A stretch of DNA of 64,000 nt. Source: Pseudomonadota bacterium. GTDB lineage: Bacteria > Pseudomonadota > Gammaproteobacteria > Ga0077536. The stretch is taken from the NCBI GenBank assembly GCA_016719885.1, contig JADJYF010000001.1:414150-478149 (forward strand). Reading direction: 5' to 3'. The notes under the pieces were generated by a model. That model made no database searches. It was not told the origin of the DNA and worked only from the letters and a program-made list of their open reading frames with translations. This document shows, in pieces, positions 35,983 through 45,196 of this stretch (position 1 is its first letter; each line of letters begins with the position of its first letter). Position numbers and translations under genes: made by a program.

Positions 35983-37107
35983 ATGACCCACCCCGACGAC
36001 CTACGCGCCTGGCGTCACGCCCATGTGCCGGTGTTCAACGACAACAAGCTCAAGCTCGGCATTTTCGGCATGAACTGCAGCAACGGCTGCACCATCACCC
36101 ACGCGCCGACCAGCTTCGAGCCGACCTACCAGCACAACGTCAAGATAGCCAGGCTCGCCGATCGCATCGGCCTCGAACTCTTGGTGCCGGTCGGGCGCTG
36201 GAAACATTTCGGTGGCAGCACCCGGTTCAACGCCAACAATCTCGAGGTCTATACCTGGGCCACGGCCATGGCCTGCAACACCGAGAAGCTGATGGTGTTC
36301 GCCACCTCCCACGTGCCGACCGTGCATCCGCTGCTGGCCGCCAAGCAGTCGGCCACCATCGACAACATCTCCGCCGGGCGTTTCGGTCTCAACATCGTGT
36401 GCGGCTGGTTCCGCCCCGAGATAGAGATGTTCGGCATCGAACAACGCGACCATGACGCGCGGTACCGCATGGCTGACGAATGGCTGAGCGTCATCAAGCG
36501 GGCCTGGACCGAACAGGATTTCGATCATCACGGCGAGTTCTACGACATCAAGGGTGGTTTCCTGTTGCCCAAGCCGGTCCAGCAGCCGTACCCGACGCTC
36601 ATAAATGCCGGCAGTTCGGAAGCGGGGCGTGAGTTCTCCGCCCGGCATGTCGATTACAACTTCATCACCATCACCACCGAAGACGAGGCGCGCTTCCTGA
36701 TCAAGGACGTCAAGGCGCGCGCCGCCGCCCACCAACGCGAATGCGGGGTCATGACTTACGGCTTGGTGTGCTGCCGCGATACCGAAGCCGAGGCCCGCGA
36801 GCTGTACGACAGCATCGTGCGCCACGGCGATTGGGAGGCGACCGAGAACATCATGAAGATACTCGGTATCGAAAGCAGCTCTTTCGGCAACCAGGACACC
36901 GTGCGCAATCTCGGCGAACGCTTCATCGCCGGCTGGGGCGGCTACCCGCTGGTCGGCACGCCCGAGCAGGTGGTCGAGAAGATGCAGCACATCCACGCCA
37001 TGGGCATCGACGGGTTTATCCTCTCGTGGCTGGACTATGCCGAAGAGCTCGAATATTTCGGCGAGCGCGTCATGCCGCTGCTCCGGCAGGCGGGGCTGCG
37101 CGTATGA
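35983..37107 (+). CDS. LLM-class (luciferase-like) flavin-dependent oxidoreductase/monooxygenase
   Basis: 374 aa. TIM-barrel LLM pattern (LGIFGMN..., RFGLNIVCGW, GYPLVGTPEQVVEKMQ...GIDGFILS). Confidence 0.85.
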   Translation: MTHPDDLRAWRHAHVPVFNDNKLKLGIFGMNCSNGCTITHAPTSFEPTYQHNVKIARLADRIGLELLVPVGRWKHFGGSTRFNANNLEVYTWATAMACNTEKLMVFATSHVPTVHPLLAAKQSATIDNISAGRFGLNIVCGWFRPEIEMFGIEQRDHDARYRMADEWLSVIKRAWTEQDFDHHGEFYDIKGGFLLPKPVQQPYPTLINAGSSEAGREFSARHVDYNFITITTEDEARFLIKDVKARAAAHQRECGVMTYGLVCCRDTEAEARELYDSIVRHGDWEATENIMKILGIESSSFGNQDTVRNLGERFIAGWGGYPLVGTPEQVVEKMQHIHAMGIDGFILSWLDYAEELEYFGERVMPLLRQAGLRV

Positions 37108-37132
37108 AAGAATTCTAGAAGGGCGCGTTTCT

Positions 37133-37200
37133 TTGTGGGTCAGACTTCAGTCTGACGATTCAAGCGCGACCCGGAGTCAGACTGAAGTCTGACCCACAAC
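37133..37200. repeat. Nested-palindrome intergenic repeat element, family B
   Basis: tgtgggtcagacttcagtctgac ... gtcagactgaagtctgacccaca: inverted 23-bp arms, each a near-palindrome (gtcagact/tc/agtctgac), with a 22-bp loop. Sits immediately after the LLM stop. Confidence 0.8.
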
Positions 37201-37231
37201 ACACTGGCCTTAATCCATTCCAGGAGTCCCC

Positions 37232-38398
37232 ATGTCCGCCACCGCCTCCACTTTCAGCGCCGAAGACGAGAGCCAGATCCTCGACGCCATCGGTGCCTGG
37301 CTCAGGACCGAGGTCCGCCACCAGGTCAAACAGTTCGACCACGCCGACGAATACCCGCACGACATCGTGAAGCAGATGAAGGAGCTGGGGCTGTTCAGCC
37401 TCATGTACCCGACCGAGTGCGGTGGCCTGGGCATGAACGCCAGCGCCTATGCCAAGGTCATCACCTTGTTGTGCGAGACCTGGATGAGCCTCGCCGGCGT
37501 CATCAATACCCACATGATGCTCGGTCAGTTGGTGCTGCGCTTCGGCACCGACGAGCAAAAGGCGCATTTCCTGCCGCGTCTCGCCAGCGCCGAGCTGCAC
37601 GGCGTGTTGTGCCTCACCGAGCCCGATGCCGGCACCGATCTGCAGGGCATCAAGACCCGCGCCAAACGCGATGGCGACGATTACGTGCTGAACGGCTCGA
37701 AGATGTGGATCACCAACGGCATGTATGGCTCGCTGTACGCGGTGCTGACCAAGACCAACCCCGATGCCAAGCCGGCGCACAAGGGCATGACCCTGTTCCT
37801 GGCCGAACGCGGGCCCGGCTTCAACATCGACGGCAAGCTCAAGAAGCTCGGCTATCGCGCGGTGGAGAGCGTGGCGCTGAGCTTCCAGGACTACCGCATT
37901 CCGGCCTCGCGCATCCTCGGCGGCGAGGAAGGCCATGGTTTCCACCACGCGGTGGGTGGCCTCGAGCTCGGGCGCATCAACGTCGCCGCGCGCGCGGTGG
38001 GCGTGGCGCGCGCGGCGCTGACCGATGCCGTGCGCTACGCCCAGCAGCGCAAGACTTTCGGCAAGCCCATCTGCGAGCACCAGGCGATACAGATCAAACT
38101 CGCCGACATGGCGACGCGCGTGGAGGCGGCGCGCCTGCTGGTGGAGCAGGCGGCGAGCAAGTACGACCGTGGCGAGCGCTGCGACATGGAGGCCGGCATG
38201 GCCAAGCTGTTCGCCTCCGAAGCCGCGCTGTCGAACGCCACCGAAGCCATGCGCGTGCACGGCGGCTACGGCTATTCCCAGGAGTTCGACGTCGAGCGCT
38301 ATTACCGCGACGCGCCGCTCATGTGCATAGGCGAGGGCACCAACGAGATCCAGCGCGTGCTGATCGCGCGGGAACTCGTCAAGCGCTTCCCGGCCTGA
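37232..38398 (+). CDS. Acyl-CoA dehydrogenase
   Basis: ACAD N/M/C domains; CLTEPDAGTDLQ, WITNG, and C-terminal ...GEGTNEIQRVLIAREL. Confidence 0.9.
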   Translation: MSATASTFSAEDESQILDAIGAWLRTEVRHQVKQFDHADEYPHDIVKQMKELGLFSLMYPTECGGLGMNASAYAKVITLLCETWMSLAGVINTHMMLGQLVLRFGTDEQKAHFLPRLASAELHGVLCLTEPDAGTDLQGIKTRAKRDGDDYVLNGSKMWITNGMYGSLYAVLTKTNPDAKPAHKGMTLFLAERGPGFNIDGKLKKLGYRAVESVALSFQDYRIPASRILGGEEGHGFHHAVGGLELGRINVAARAVGVARAALTDAVRYAQQRKTFGKPICEHQAIQIKLADMATRVEAARLLVEQAASKYDRGERCDMEAGMAKLFASEAALSNATEAMRVHGGYGYSQEFDVERYYRDAPLMCIGEGTNEIQRVLIARELVKRFPA

Positions 38399-38404
38399 CG
38401 CGGC

Positions 38405-38794
38405 TCACGCCGCCGGCGCGTAGGCGATGACTTCGATCTCGATCTTCGCGCCCGGCAGCACCAGGCCCGACACCACCGTCGAACGCACCGGTGGTGCATC
38501 GGCGAAGGCCTCGGCATACGCGCGGTTGAAGGCCGCGAAATCGCCGACCTCGGTCAGCCACACGGTGGCCTTCACCACCGCCGACAGGTCAAGGCCCGCC
38601 AGCGCCAGCAGCTCGCCGATATTGCGCAGGCAGTGGCGGGTCTGGGCCTCGATACCGTCGGCGACGCGGCCGTTCTCGTCCAGGCCCAACTGGCCGGACA
38701 GGAATACGAAGTCACCGGCGCGAATGGCCTTGGACAGCGGCAGTGGCGTGCCGTCGGCCAGCGTGAAGCGACCGCCCAGTATGGTGTGTTGCAT
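38405..38794 (-). CDS. RidA/YjgF family reactive-intermediate deaminase
   Basis: 129 aa; GDFVFLSGQLGLDENG...KATVWLTEVGDFAAFNRAYAEAF...STVVSGLVLPGAKIEIE. Confidence 0.85.
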   Translation of the reverse strand: MQHTILGGRFTLADGTPLPLSKAIRAGDFVFLSGQLGLDENGRVADGIEAQTRHCLRNIGELLALAGLDLSAVVKATVWLTEVGDFAAFNRAYAEAFADAPPVRSTVVSGLVLPGAKIEIEVIAYAPAA

Positions 38795-38902
38795 GGAACT
38801 CTTCCTCGTTGATGGAACGGCCCGGCGCGCCTGCATGGGCCGCGAGGCGGGTATAGTAACGCGCATCCCGTGATTGCCCGTCGAGGCCAGCCCGTGCAGC
38901 GC

Positions 38903-39679
38903 ATGCCCACCTTGTTCCTGTCCCACGGCGCGCCCAATGTCGCGCTCTACGACCTGCCGGCCAGGCGCTTCTTCGATGGCCTCGCTGCAACCCTGCCGAG
39001 GCCGCGCGCGATCGTGGTGGCGTCGGCCCATTACGCGGCCTCGGTGCCGGCGCTGACGGCCAGCGCGCAACCGCAGACCATCCATGACTTCGGTGGCTTC
39101 GAGCCCGAGCTCTACGCCATGCGCTACGCGGCGCCGGGCGCGCCCGATGTCGCCGCGCGTGCGCTGGAACTCATCAAGAGCGAACTCGGTGTGCAGGGTC
39201 TCGCCGATCACTCCTGGGGCTTCGACCATGGCGCGTGGAGTCCCTTGATGCGCATCTACCCCGAGGCCGACGTGCCGCTGGCGGTGTTGAGCTTGAAACC
39301 CGATGGCGATGCGCGTTGGCATTACCGCCTCGGCCGCGCGCTGCGCGCCTTGCGTGACGAAGGCGTGTTGGTCATCGGCTCTGGCTCCATGACGCACAAC
39401 CTCGGCCGCCTGCAGCCGCCCATGACCTTCGATGCCGAAGCGCCATGGGTCACGGCCTTCATGGCCTGGGTCAATGACAAGCTCGCCGACGGTGATGCCG
39501 AGGGCCTGTGTGACTACCGCGCGAGCGCGCCCCATGCGCGCGATTGCCATCCGACCGAAGAACACTTCCTGCCGCTGTTCGTGGCGCTGGGCGCCGCCGG
39601 CAACGGCTGGCGCGCCAGCAACATTCACCACAGCACGACCTTTGGCACCCTGTCGATGGACGCCTGGCGCTTTGACTGA
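38903..39679 (+). CDS. Class III extradiol ring-cleavage dioxygenase (LigB/YgiD, 4,5-DOPA-dioxygenase-like)
   Basis: MPTLFLSHGAPN...VVASAHY...IGSGSMTHNL: conserved His ligands of the LigB-type fold. Confidence 0.75.
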   Translation: MPTLFLSHGAPNVALYDLPARRFFDGLAATLPRPRAIVVASAHYAASVPALTASAQPQTIHDFGGFEPELYAMRYAAPGAPDVAARALELIKSELGVQGLADHSWGFDHGAWSPLMRIYPEADVPLAVLSLKPDGDARWHYRLGRALRALRDEGVLVIGSGSMTHNLGRLQPPMTFDAEAPWVTAFMAWVNDKLADGDAEGLCDYRASAPHARDCHPTEEHFLPLFVALGAAGNGWRASNIHHSTTFGTLSMDAWRFD

Positions 39680-40826
39680 CACGCCCTTGCGCATCACGCG
39701 CGTCAGCGCGCAGCCGATCTCGTTCGCGGTGCCCGAGGCTTTCCAGGTCAGCCTCGGCATCGGCCGCACCGTCAAACGTGACGCGGTGATCGTGAAGGTC
39801 GAGACCGACGCAGGCCTCATCGGCTGGGGCGAAGCGCATGCCGCGCGCGCGCCGACCGCGATTGCCGAACTCATCAATTCGACCTTGGCCGCGCTCGTGA
39901 CCGGCATGGATGCGCGCGACACCGAGGCAGTGTGGCAGCGCGTGTATCGCATGCAGCTCGCCAGTCACGGCGCCGGCGCGGCCGCCGTGATCGGGCTGTC
40001 GGGCATCGACATGGCGCTATGGGACGTGAAGGGCAAGCATGCCGGGCTGCCGCTCTACGCGCTGCTCGGCGCCGAGCAACGCGCCATCGACAGCTATGCC
40101 GGCGGCATTGCCTTGGGTTTCGAGCCGCCGGCGGCCTTGGCCGAGGAGGCCGCGGCGCTGCATGCGCGCGGCTTCGGCGCGCTCAAGCTGCGCATGGGCG
40201 ACGGCGTCGATAACGACCGCGCGCGGGTCAGTGCAGTGCGCGAGGCGCTGGGTGCCAAGGTCACGCTCATGGTCGACGCCAACACCGCCTACGATCTCGA
40301 TATCCTGCGTGCTGTCGCGCCGTGCTTCGAGCGACATGACATCGCGTGGCTGGAGGAGCCGTTCCCGCCGCACGCCTGGCGCGACTACCAGGCCGCCGCG
40401 CGCCTGACCCGCGTGCCGCTGGCGGCGGGCGAGAATCACTACACGCGTTTCGATTTCGAGCGGGCCGAGGCCGATGGCGCGATCCGCATCTGGCAACCGG
40501 ACCTGTCGAAGACCGGCGGCATCACCGAGGGGCTGCGCATCGCGGCGCTGGCGGCGCGCGCCGGCATCAAGATTCATCCCCACACTTCCGTGACGGGACT
40601 CAACATGGCCGCTTCGCTGCATTTCCTGGCGGCCATCGGCAACGGCGGCTATTACGAGGCCGACGTCACGCGCTACAACCCGTTCCGCGACGCGCTGTGC
40701 AGCCCGGTGCAGGTGTTCGACGCGGCCGCGCGCGTGCTGCCGCCCACCGGCGCGGGTCTCGGCGTCGAACTCGATCTCGCCATGCTGGCCGCCAGCACGG
40801 CCATCGCGGGGCCGGGTTACGTGTGA
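39672..40826 (+). CDS. Enolase-superfamily enzyme (mandelate racemase / muconate lactonizing enzyme family); TTG start overlapping the upstream stop
   Basis: Capping domain plus barrel with KxK (ALKLRMG), metal ligands D(MVDAN)/E(LEEP)/E(AAGE) and catalytic K/H region. The start overlaps the upstream gene stop. Confidence 0.75.
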   Translation: MTDTPLRITRVSAQPISFAVPEAFQVSLGIGRTVKRDAVIVKVETDAGLIGWGEAHAARAPTAIAELINSTLAALVTGMDARDTEAVWQRVYRMQLASHGAGAAAVIGLSGIDMALWDVKGKHAGLPLYALLGAEQRAIDSYAGGIALGFEPPAALAEEAAALHARGFGALKLRMGDGVDNDRARVSAVREALGAKVTLMVDANTAYDLDILRAVAPCFERHDIAWLEEPFPPHAWRDYQAAARLTRVPLAAGENHYTRFDFERAEADGAIRIWQPDLSKTGGITEGLRIAALAARAGIKIHPHTSVTGLNMAASLHFLAAIGNGGYYEADVTRYNPFRDALCSPVQVFDAAARVLPPTGAGLGVELDLAMLAASTAIAGPGYV

Positions 40827-40836
40827 GCGGCGTACG

Positions 40837-41925
40837 ATGATCAACATCCTCATCGGCACGCGCGCGCAGCTCATCAAGATGGCGCCGGTATTGCTGGCGC
40901 TGGAACGCGGCGGGGTGAGCTACCGGCTCGTCATGAGCGGCCAGCATCACGCGACCATGGCCGAACTCCTGCACGAATTTGGCGTGAGCACACCGGCGGT
41001 GCATCTCTACGAGGGCCGCGAGATCACCGGCGTGGCGCAGATGGCGCGCTGGTTCCTGCACATGCTGTGGCGCGGGTGGCGTCAGCGTGAGCGCCTGTTC
41101 GCCCGTGCCGGCCGCGACGCGATGGTGGTGCACGGCGATACGGTGTCGACCTTGCTCGGCGCCTTGCTCGGGCGCGTGCTCGGCTTCGAAGTCGTGCACA
41201 TCGAATCAGGCCTGACGTCCGGGCGCTGGCGCGAACCTTTTCCGGAGGAGCTGACGCGGCGCCTGGTGTTTCGCCTCGCCCACCTCGCGTTCTGCCCCGG
41301 GCCGTGGGCAGCGGCCAACATGCGGCCGTTCACGGCCGAGGTCATCGATACCGGCGCCAATACCATCGTCGACGCGGTGCAGGAGGCAATGGGACGCTTC
41401 GAGCAGGCCGAGGTCAAGGCGCCCGACGCGCCCTACGCGGTGGTGTCCCTGCATCGCTTCGAGAACATCTTCGAAGCCCATCGTTTCGCTTTCATCATCG
41501 CCATGCTCGAACGCATGGCCTTGCGCATACCGCTGGTGTTCGTGTTGCATCCCGCCACGCGCCGGCAGGCCGAGAAATTCGATCTCTTGTCGCGTCTCGA
41601 AGACAACTCGAATATCACCCTGCTGCCGCGCATGACCTACATCCCGTTCCTGAAGCTCCTGTGTGGCGCGCGCTTCGTGGTGAGCGACGGCGGCAGCAAC
41701 CAGGAAGAACTGGCGTGGCTGGGCATCCCGACCTTGCTCATGCGTGGCGCCACCGAGCGCCAGGATGGATTGGGGGAGGGCGTGGTGGTCAGCAACTACG
41801 AGGCCGAGATCATCACGCGCTTCGTCGACGAGGTGCTGGCGGCGCCGGGCGAGCGGCGTGCGCATGCGCGCATGCCGTCACCGTCGGCGATGATCGCGAA
41901 GGTGCTGGCCGAGCGCTACCAGTAG
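40837..41925 (+). CDS. UDP-N-acetylglucosamine 2-epimerase (WecB) family protein
   Basis: GTRAQLIKMAPV, SGQHH, VHGDTVSTL, HIESGLTSG and PFPEELTRRL correspond to the conserved WecB motifs GTRPE-IKMAP, TxQH, HGDT, HxEAGLRT and PEExNR. Confidence 0.65.
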   Translation: MINILIGTRAQLIKMAPVLLALERGGVSYRLVMSGQHHATMAELLHEFGVSTPAVHLYEGREITGVAQMARWFLHMLWRGWRQRERLFARAGRDAMVVHGDTVSTLLGALLGRVLGFEVVHIESGLTSGRWREPFPEELTRRLVFRLAHLAFCPGPWAAANMRPFTAEVIDTGANTIVDAVQEAMGRFEQAEVKAPDAPYAVVSLHRFENIFEAHRFAFIIAMLERMALRIPLVFVLHPATRRQAEKFDLLSRLEDNSNITLLPRMTYIPFLKLLCGARFVVSDGGSNQEELAWLGIPTLLMRGATERQDGLGEGVVVSNYEAEIITRFVDEVLAAPGERRAHARMPSPSAMIAKVLAERYQ

Positions 41926-42069
41926 GTGCGAATTCATTCGCACACTTTCATGTCAGACTGAAGTCCGACCCACACGAAGAGGCCTTCTGTTGTGGGTCGG
42001 ACTTCAGTCTGACATGCATGGCGAGGCCGCTTGGAACCTGTTCGAGTGTGCGAATGAATTCGCACCTGG
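41924..42069. repeat. Composite repeat: family A arms enclosing a complete family B element (A-left, B, A-right)
   Basis: taggtgcgaattcattcgcaca - gtcagactgaagtccgacccaca ... tgtgggtcggacttcagtctgac - tgtgcgaatgaattcgcacct. Confidence 0.8.
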
Positions 42070-42102
42070 GGAAGGCGACGCGCCGTTCGAACCAGGTGCC
42101 GC

Positions 42103-42906
42103 TCAGCGGCCCTTGAACTCCGGCACGCGCTTCTCGAAGAACGCGTTCAAGGCTTCCATGTGATCCTCGGTCTGGTGCAGCGTCACCTGCAGCGCGGCCG
42201 ACATTTCCATGACTGAACCGAAGCTCGCCATGGTGCCTTCGCGCATGAGCTTCTTGGTCATGCGCAGCGCCTGCGGCGGCTGCACGCAGATCTTCTTTGC
42301 GAGCGTCTCGCAGTACGTCATCAGTTCCGCGTCCGGCACCACTTCCGATACCAGGCCCCATTCGCGCGCGGTCGGCGCGTCGATGAGATCGCCGGTGAAG
42401 AACAGCTGCGCGGCGCGTGACCAGCCGATCTGACGCGGCAACAGCCATGCGCCGCCGTCGCCCGGCAGCAGGCCGACCTTGAGGAAGGTCGCGCCGAAAC
42501 GCGCCGAGGCGGCGGCGATGCGGATGTCGCACAGCGATGCGACGTCGCCGCCGAGGCCTATGGCCGGGCCGTTGATGGCGCCCACCACCGGCACCTCGAT
42601 GTCCCACATGGCGTGGATGATGCCGTGGATGTGCTTGCGATAGTGATCGCGGATCTCGGCGGCCGAGCCGCCGAAGTAGCCGCTCTTGTCGCGCATGGCT
42701 TTCAGATCGCCGCCGGCCGAGAAGGCCGGCCCGGCGCCCGTCATGATCACGCAGCGCAGGTTCTTGTCGGCGTTGATGGCATCGGCCGCGGCGCGGAAAC
42801 GCGCGCCGTCGCCGGGCTGGCCGAGCGGGTTGCGCGAGTCCGGGCGGTTGATGGTGAGACGCGCGATGAGCCCGTCGATTTCCAGTGTCAGATCGTTGTC
42901 GAGCAT
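42103..42906 (-). CDS. Enoyl-CoA hydratase/isomerase (crotonase family)
   Basis: Crotonase fold with FSAGGDLK oxyanion motif and GGAW. Confidence 0.9.
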   Translation of the reverse strand: MLDNDLTLEIDGLIARLTINRPDSRNPLGQPGDGARFRAAADAINADKNLRCVIMTGAGPAFSAGGDLKAMRDKSGYFGGSAAEIRDHYRKHIHGIIHAMWDIEVPVVGAINGPAIGLGGDVASLCDIRIAAASARFGATFLKVGLLPGDGGAWLLPRQIGWSRAAQLFFTGDLIDAPTAREWGLVSEVVPDAELMTYCETLAKKICVQPPQALRMTKKLMREGTMASFGSVMEMSAALQVTLHQTEDHMEALNAFFEKRVPEFKGR

Positions 42907-42923
42907 GTTCGTCCGTCTCCGTG

Positions 42924-43976
42924 TCAGGCCGTGATGAGCGGCCAGATGCCGTCGCCACCTACATCGGCCGCGACGCGACCCAGGTATTCACCCCATTCGC
43001 CGGCGCCGCCGAATTCGGCGCGCCACGCCCACAGGCGGCGCGTGAGGAAGTGCAGGCCGTATTCATAGGTGAAACCAATCGCGCCATGTACCTGGTGCGA
43101 GAGGCGGGTGAGCTTTTCCACCGCCTCGCTGGCGCGGCACTTGGCCGCCGCGATCTCGAAGCGCGCGTTGCGTCCGCTTGGCGCCATGCCACGCTGGTCG
43201 AGGCCGACACAGGCGGCCATGGCGATGGCATCGACGGACGCGACCACGCCGGCCAGGTCAGCGAGGTAATGCTGGATGGCCTGGAAGCCGGACAGCGGTT
43301 TGCCGAACTGCGAGCGCTCGGCGCCGTACTTGAGCGCGAGATCCAGCGCCGCGGCGCCGGCGCCGGCGATCTGCGCGCTGCGCGCGAGTGCGCCCAGCCA
43401 ATGCACGCAATCGGGCGCCAGCGGCAGGGCTTGGCGCGTGATGACGGACGCATCACCGGACAGGCTGTCGCGCGGGTCGCGGCCGATGTTGTCCTCGGCC
43501 GCGACGGCGAGGCCGCTGGTGGCAGCGATGATGAGTTCCGCGCCCTCACCCTTGGCCGCGACGCCGACCAGGAAGTCCGCGTTGCGGCCCCAGGGCGTGC
43601 GCGCGTTGCTGAGCGTGAGCGTGGTGGCGCTCACGGCGCTCGCGGCGATGGCACGTGGCAGCAGCCCCGGCACGCCCGCAGGCAGTGTCGCGCCGGCCTG
43701 GCGCGCCAGCCATTCGGCGATGGTTGCTTCGACCACCGGCAAGGGCACGGCATGGCGACCGCAGGCGCGCAGTACCGGGTAGGCATCGCTCCAGCCGACA
43801 CCCATGCCGCCGGCCGCTTCGTCGGCCAGCACCTTGGGGATGCCTTGTTCGACGGTCTCGGCCCACAGCGCGGTGGGAAAGCCCTGCTCTTCGATGGCCG
43901 TCAGTTGGTCCCAACCCAGCCGATCGCCGAACAGGCGATTGACCGTGTCTTCCAGCATCTGTTGAGTTTCGTTCAT
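42924..43976 (-). CDS. Acyl-CoA dehydrogenase family protein (short, about 350 aa; second member of a tail-to-head ACAD pair)
   Basis: ACAD C-terminal helical domain (GAERSQFGKPLSGFQAIQHYLADLA). A 4-nt overlap (ATGA) with the upstream ACAD 43973..45139 resembles heteromeric alpha2beta2 ACAD pairs of steroid side-chain degradation. Confidence 0.75.
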   Translation of the reverse strand: MNETQQMLEDTVNRLFGDRLGWDQLTAIEEQGFPTALWAETVEQGIPKVLADEAAGGMGVGWSDAYPVLRACGRHAVPLPVVEATIAEWLARQAGATLPAGVPGLLPRAIAASAVSATTLTLSNARTPWGRNADFLVGVAAKGEGAELIIAATSGLAVAAEDNIGRDPRDSLSGDASVITRQALPLAPDCVHWLGALARSAQIAGAGAAALDLALKYGAERSQFGKPLSGFQAIQHYLADLAGVVASVDAIAMAACVGLDQRGMAPSGRNARFEIAAAKCRASEAVEKLTRLSHQVHGAIGFTYEYGLHFLTRRLWAWRAEFGGAGEWGEYLGRVAADVGGDGIWPLITA

Positions 43977-45139
43977 CGCACACCCATGCCTTTCGCGATG
44001 ATGCCGCGCAGAATTTCCGGCGTGCCGCCACGCAGGGAGAAGGACGGCGCAACCTGGATCAGCGAGCCCAGCACCTGTTGATATTCCGAACCATGGCCTT
44101 CGAGCGTCGGTTCGAGTTCGCACAATTCCTGCGCGAGGCCCGGCAAGGCCTGTTCGAACTGGCAGCCGAGATCTTTCACCACCGCCGCTTCGAGCAGCGG
44201 GTCCTGGCCCGCGTTGAGCTTGGCGGCGATGCTCAAGGACATGGTGCGCAGCGTCGCGGCCCATGCCACCTGCGTGCCGAGGCGTGCGAGGGTGGCGGGC
44301 GAGGCGTTGTCCTTCACCACGTCGATGAGCTTGCGCAGCAGGAAGAAGCAGGACAGGTAACGCTCGGGGCCGCTGCGCTCGAAGGCGAGCTCCTCGGTGA
44401 CCTGCCGCCAGCCCTGGCCTTCGGTGCCGAGCAACGCGTCGGGCGGCAGTTCGGCGTCGACGAAGGCGACTTCGTTGAAATTGCGGCCGCCGGCCAGGTT
44501 CTGGATGGTGCGCGGCGTGATGCCACGGGTCTTGCTCAAATCGATCAGGAACTGCGAGAGACCCGCATGCTTCTTGTTCGGATCGGGATCGGTGCGGAAC
44601 AGCGCGATCATGTAGTTCGCGCGGTGCGCGTTGCTGGTCCAGATCTTGGTGCCGTTGACTTTCCAGCCCGTGGCCGTGCGTTCGGCGCGGGTGCGCAGCG
44701 AGGCGAGATCGGAACCCGAATTGGGTTCGCTCATGCCGATGGCGAAGCAGGCCTTGCCGGCGGTGATGGCCGGCACGATTGCCTTTTTCTGCTCCTCGGT
44801 GCCGTAGCGCACCACCAGCGGGCCGCTCTGCCTGTCCGCCACCCAGTGAAAGGCGGTCGGCGCGCCGGCTACCAGGCTCTCCTCGACCACCACGTAGCGC
44901 TCGAGCGCGCTGCGACCGTGGCCGCCGTATTGCTTGGGCAGGGTCATGCCCAGCCAGCCCTTGGCGCCGAGCTTGGCCGAGAACTCGGCGTCGTAGGCTT
45001 CCCAGCTATGGCTGCGTTTGACCACCGGCACGTCGGCCAGGGCCTCCTTCAGGAAGGCGCGCACTTCGGCGCGCAGCGTTTCCAGCGAGGCCGGCAGGGC
45101 GGTCGGCTCGAAACGCAGCTTGTCTGCTACTGATGTCAT
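43973..45139 (-). CDS. Acyl-CoA dehydrogenase
   Basis: GMSEPNSGSDLASL, WTSNA and C-terminal ...LRGGTPEILRGIIA. Confidence 0.9.
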   Translation of the reverse strand: MTSVADKLRFEPTALPASLETLRAEVRAFLKEALADVPVVKRSHSWEAYDAEFSAKLGAKGWLGMTLPKQYGGHGRSALERYVVVEESLVAGAPTAFHWVADRQSGPLVVRYGTEEQKKAIVPAITAGKACFAIGMSEPNSGSDLASLRTRAERTATGWKVNGTKIWTSNAHRANYMIALFRTDPDPNKKHAGLSQFLIDLSKTRGITPRTIQNLAGGRNFNEVAFVDAELPPDALLGTEGQGWRQVTEELAFERSGPERYLSCFFLLRKLIDVVKDNASPATLARLGTQVAWAATLRTMSLSIAAKLNAGQDPLLEAAVVKDLGCQFEQALPGLAQELCELEPTLEGHGSEYQQVLGSLIQVAPSFSLRGGTPEILRGIIAKGMGVR

Positions 45140-45196
45140 GTGTGTTCCTTGTTGCTCGCACGACCGCTGACGGTCGTGACGCTGTCAGGCCTGGCT

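Noticed and set aside
41948-42958. 336-aa minus-strand ORF spanning the composite repeat and the enoyl-CoA hydratase region
   Set aside because: It runs through an intergenic palindromic repeat and is out of frame with the well-supported crotonase gene 42103..42906. Arg/Pro/Gly-rich artefact.
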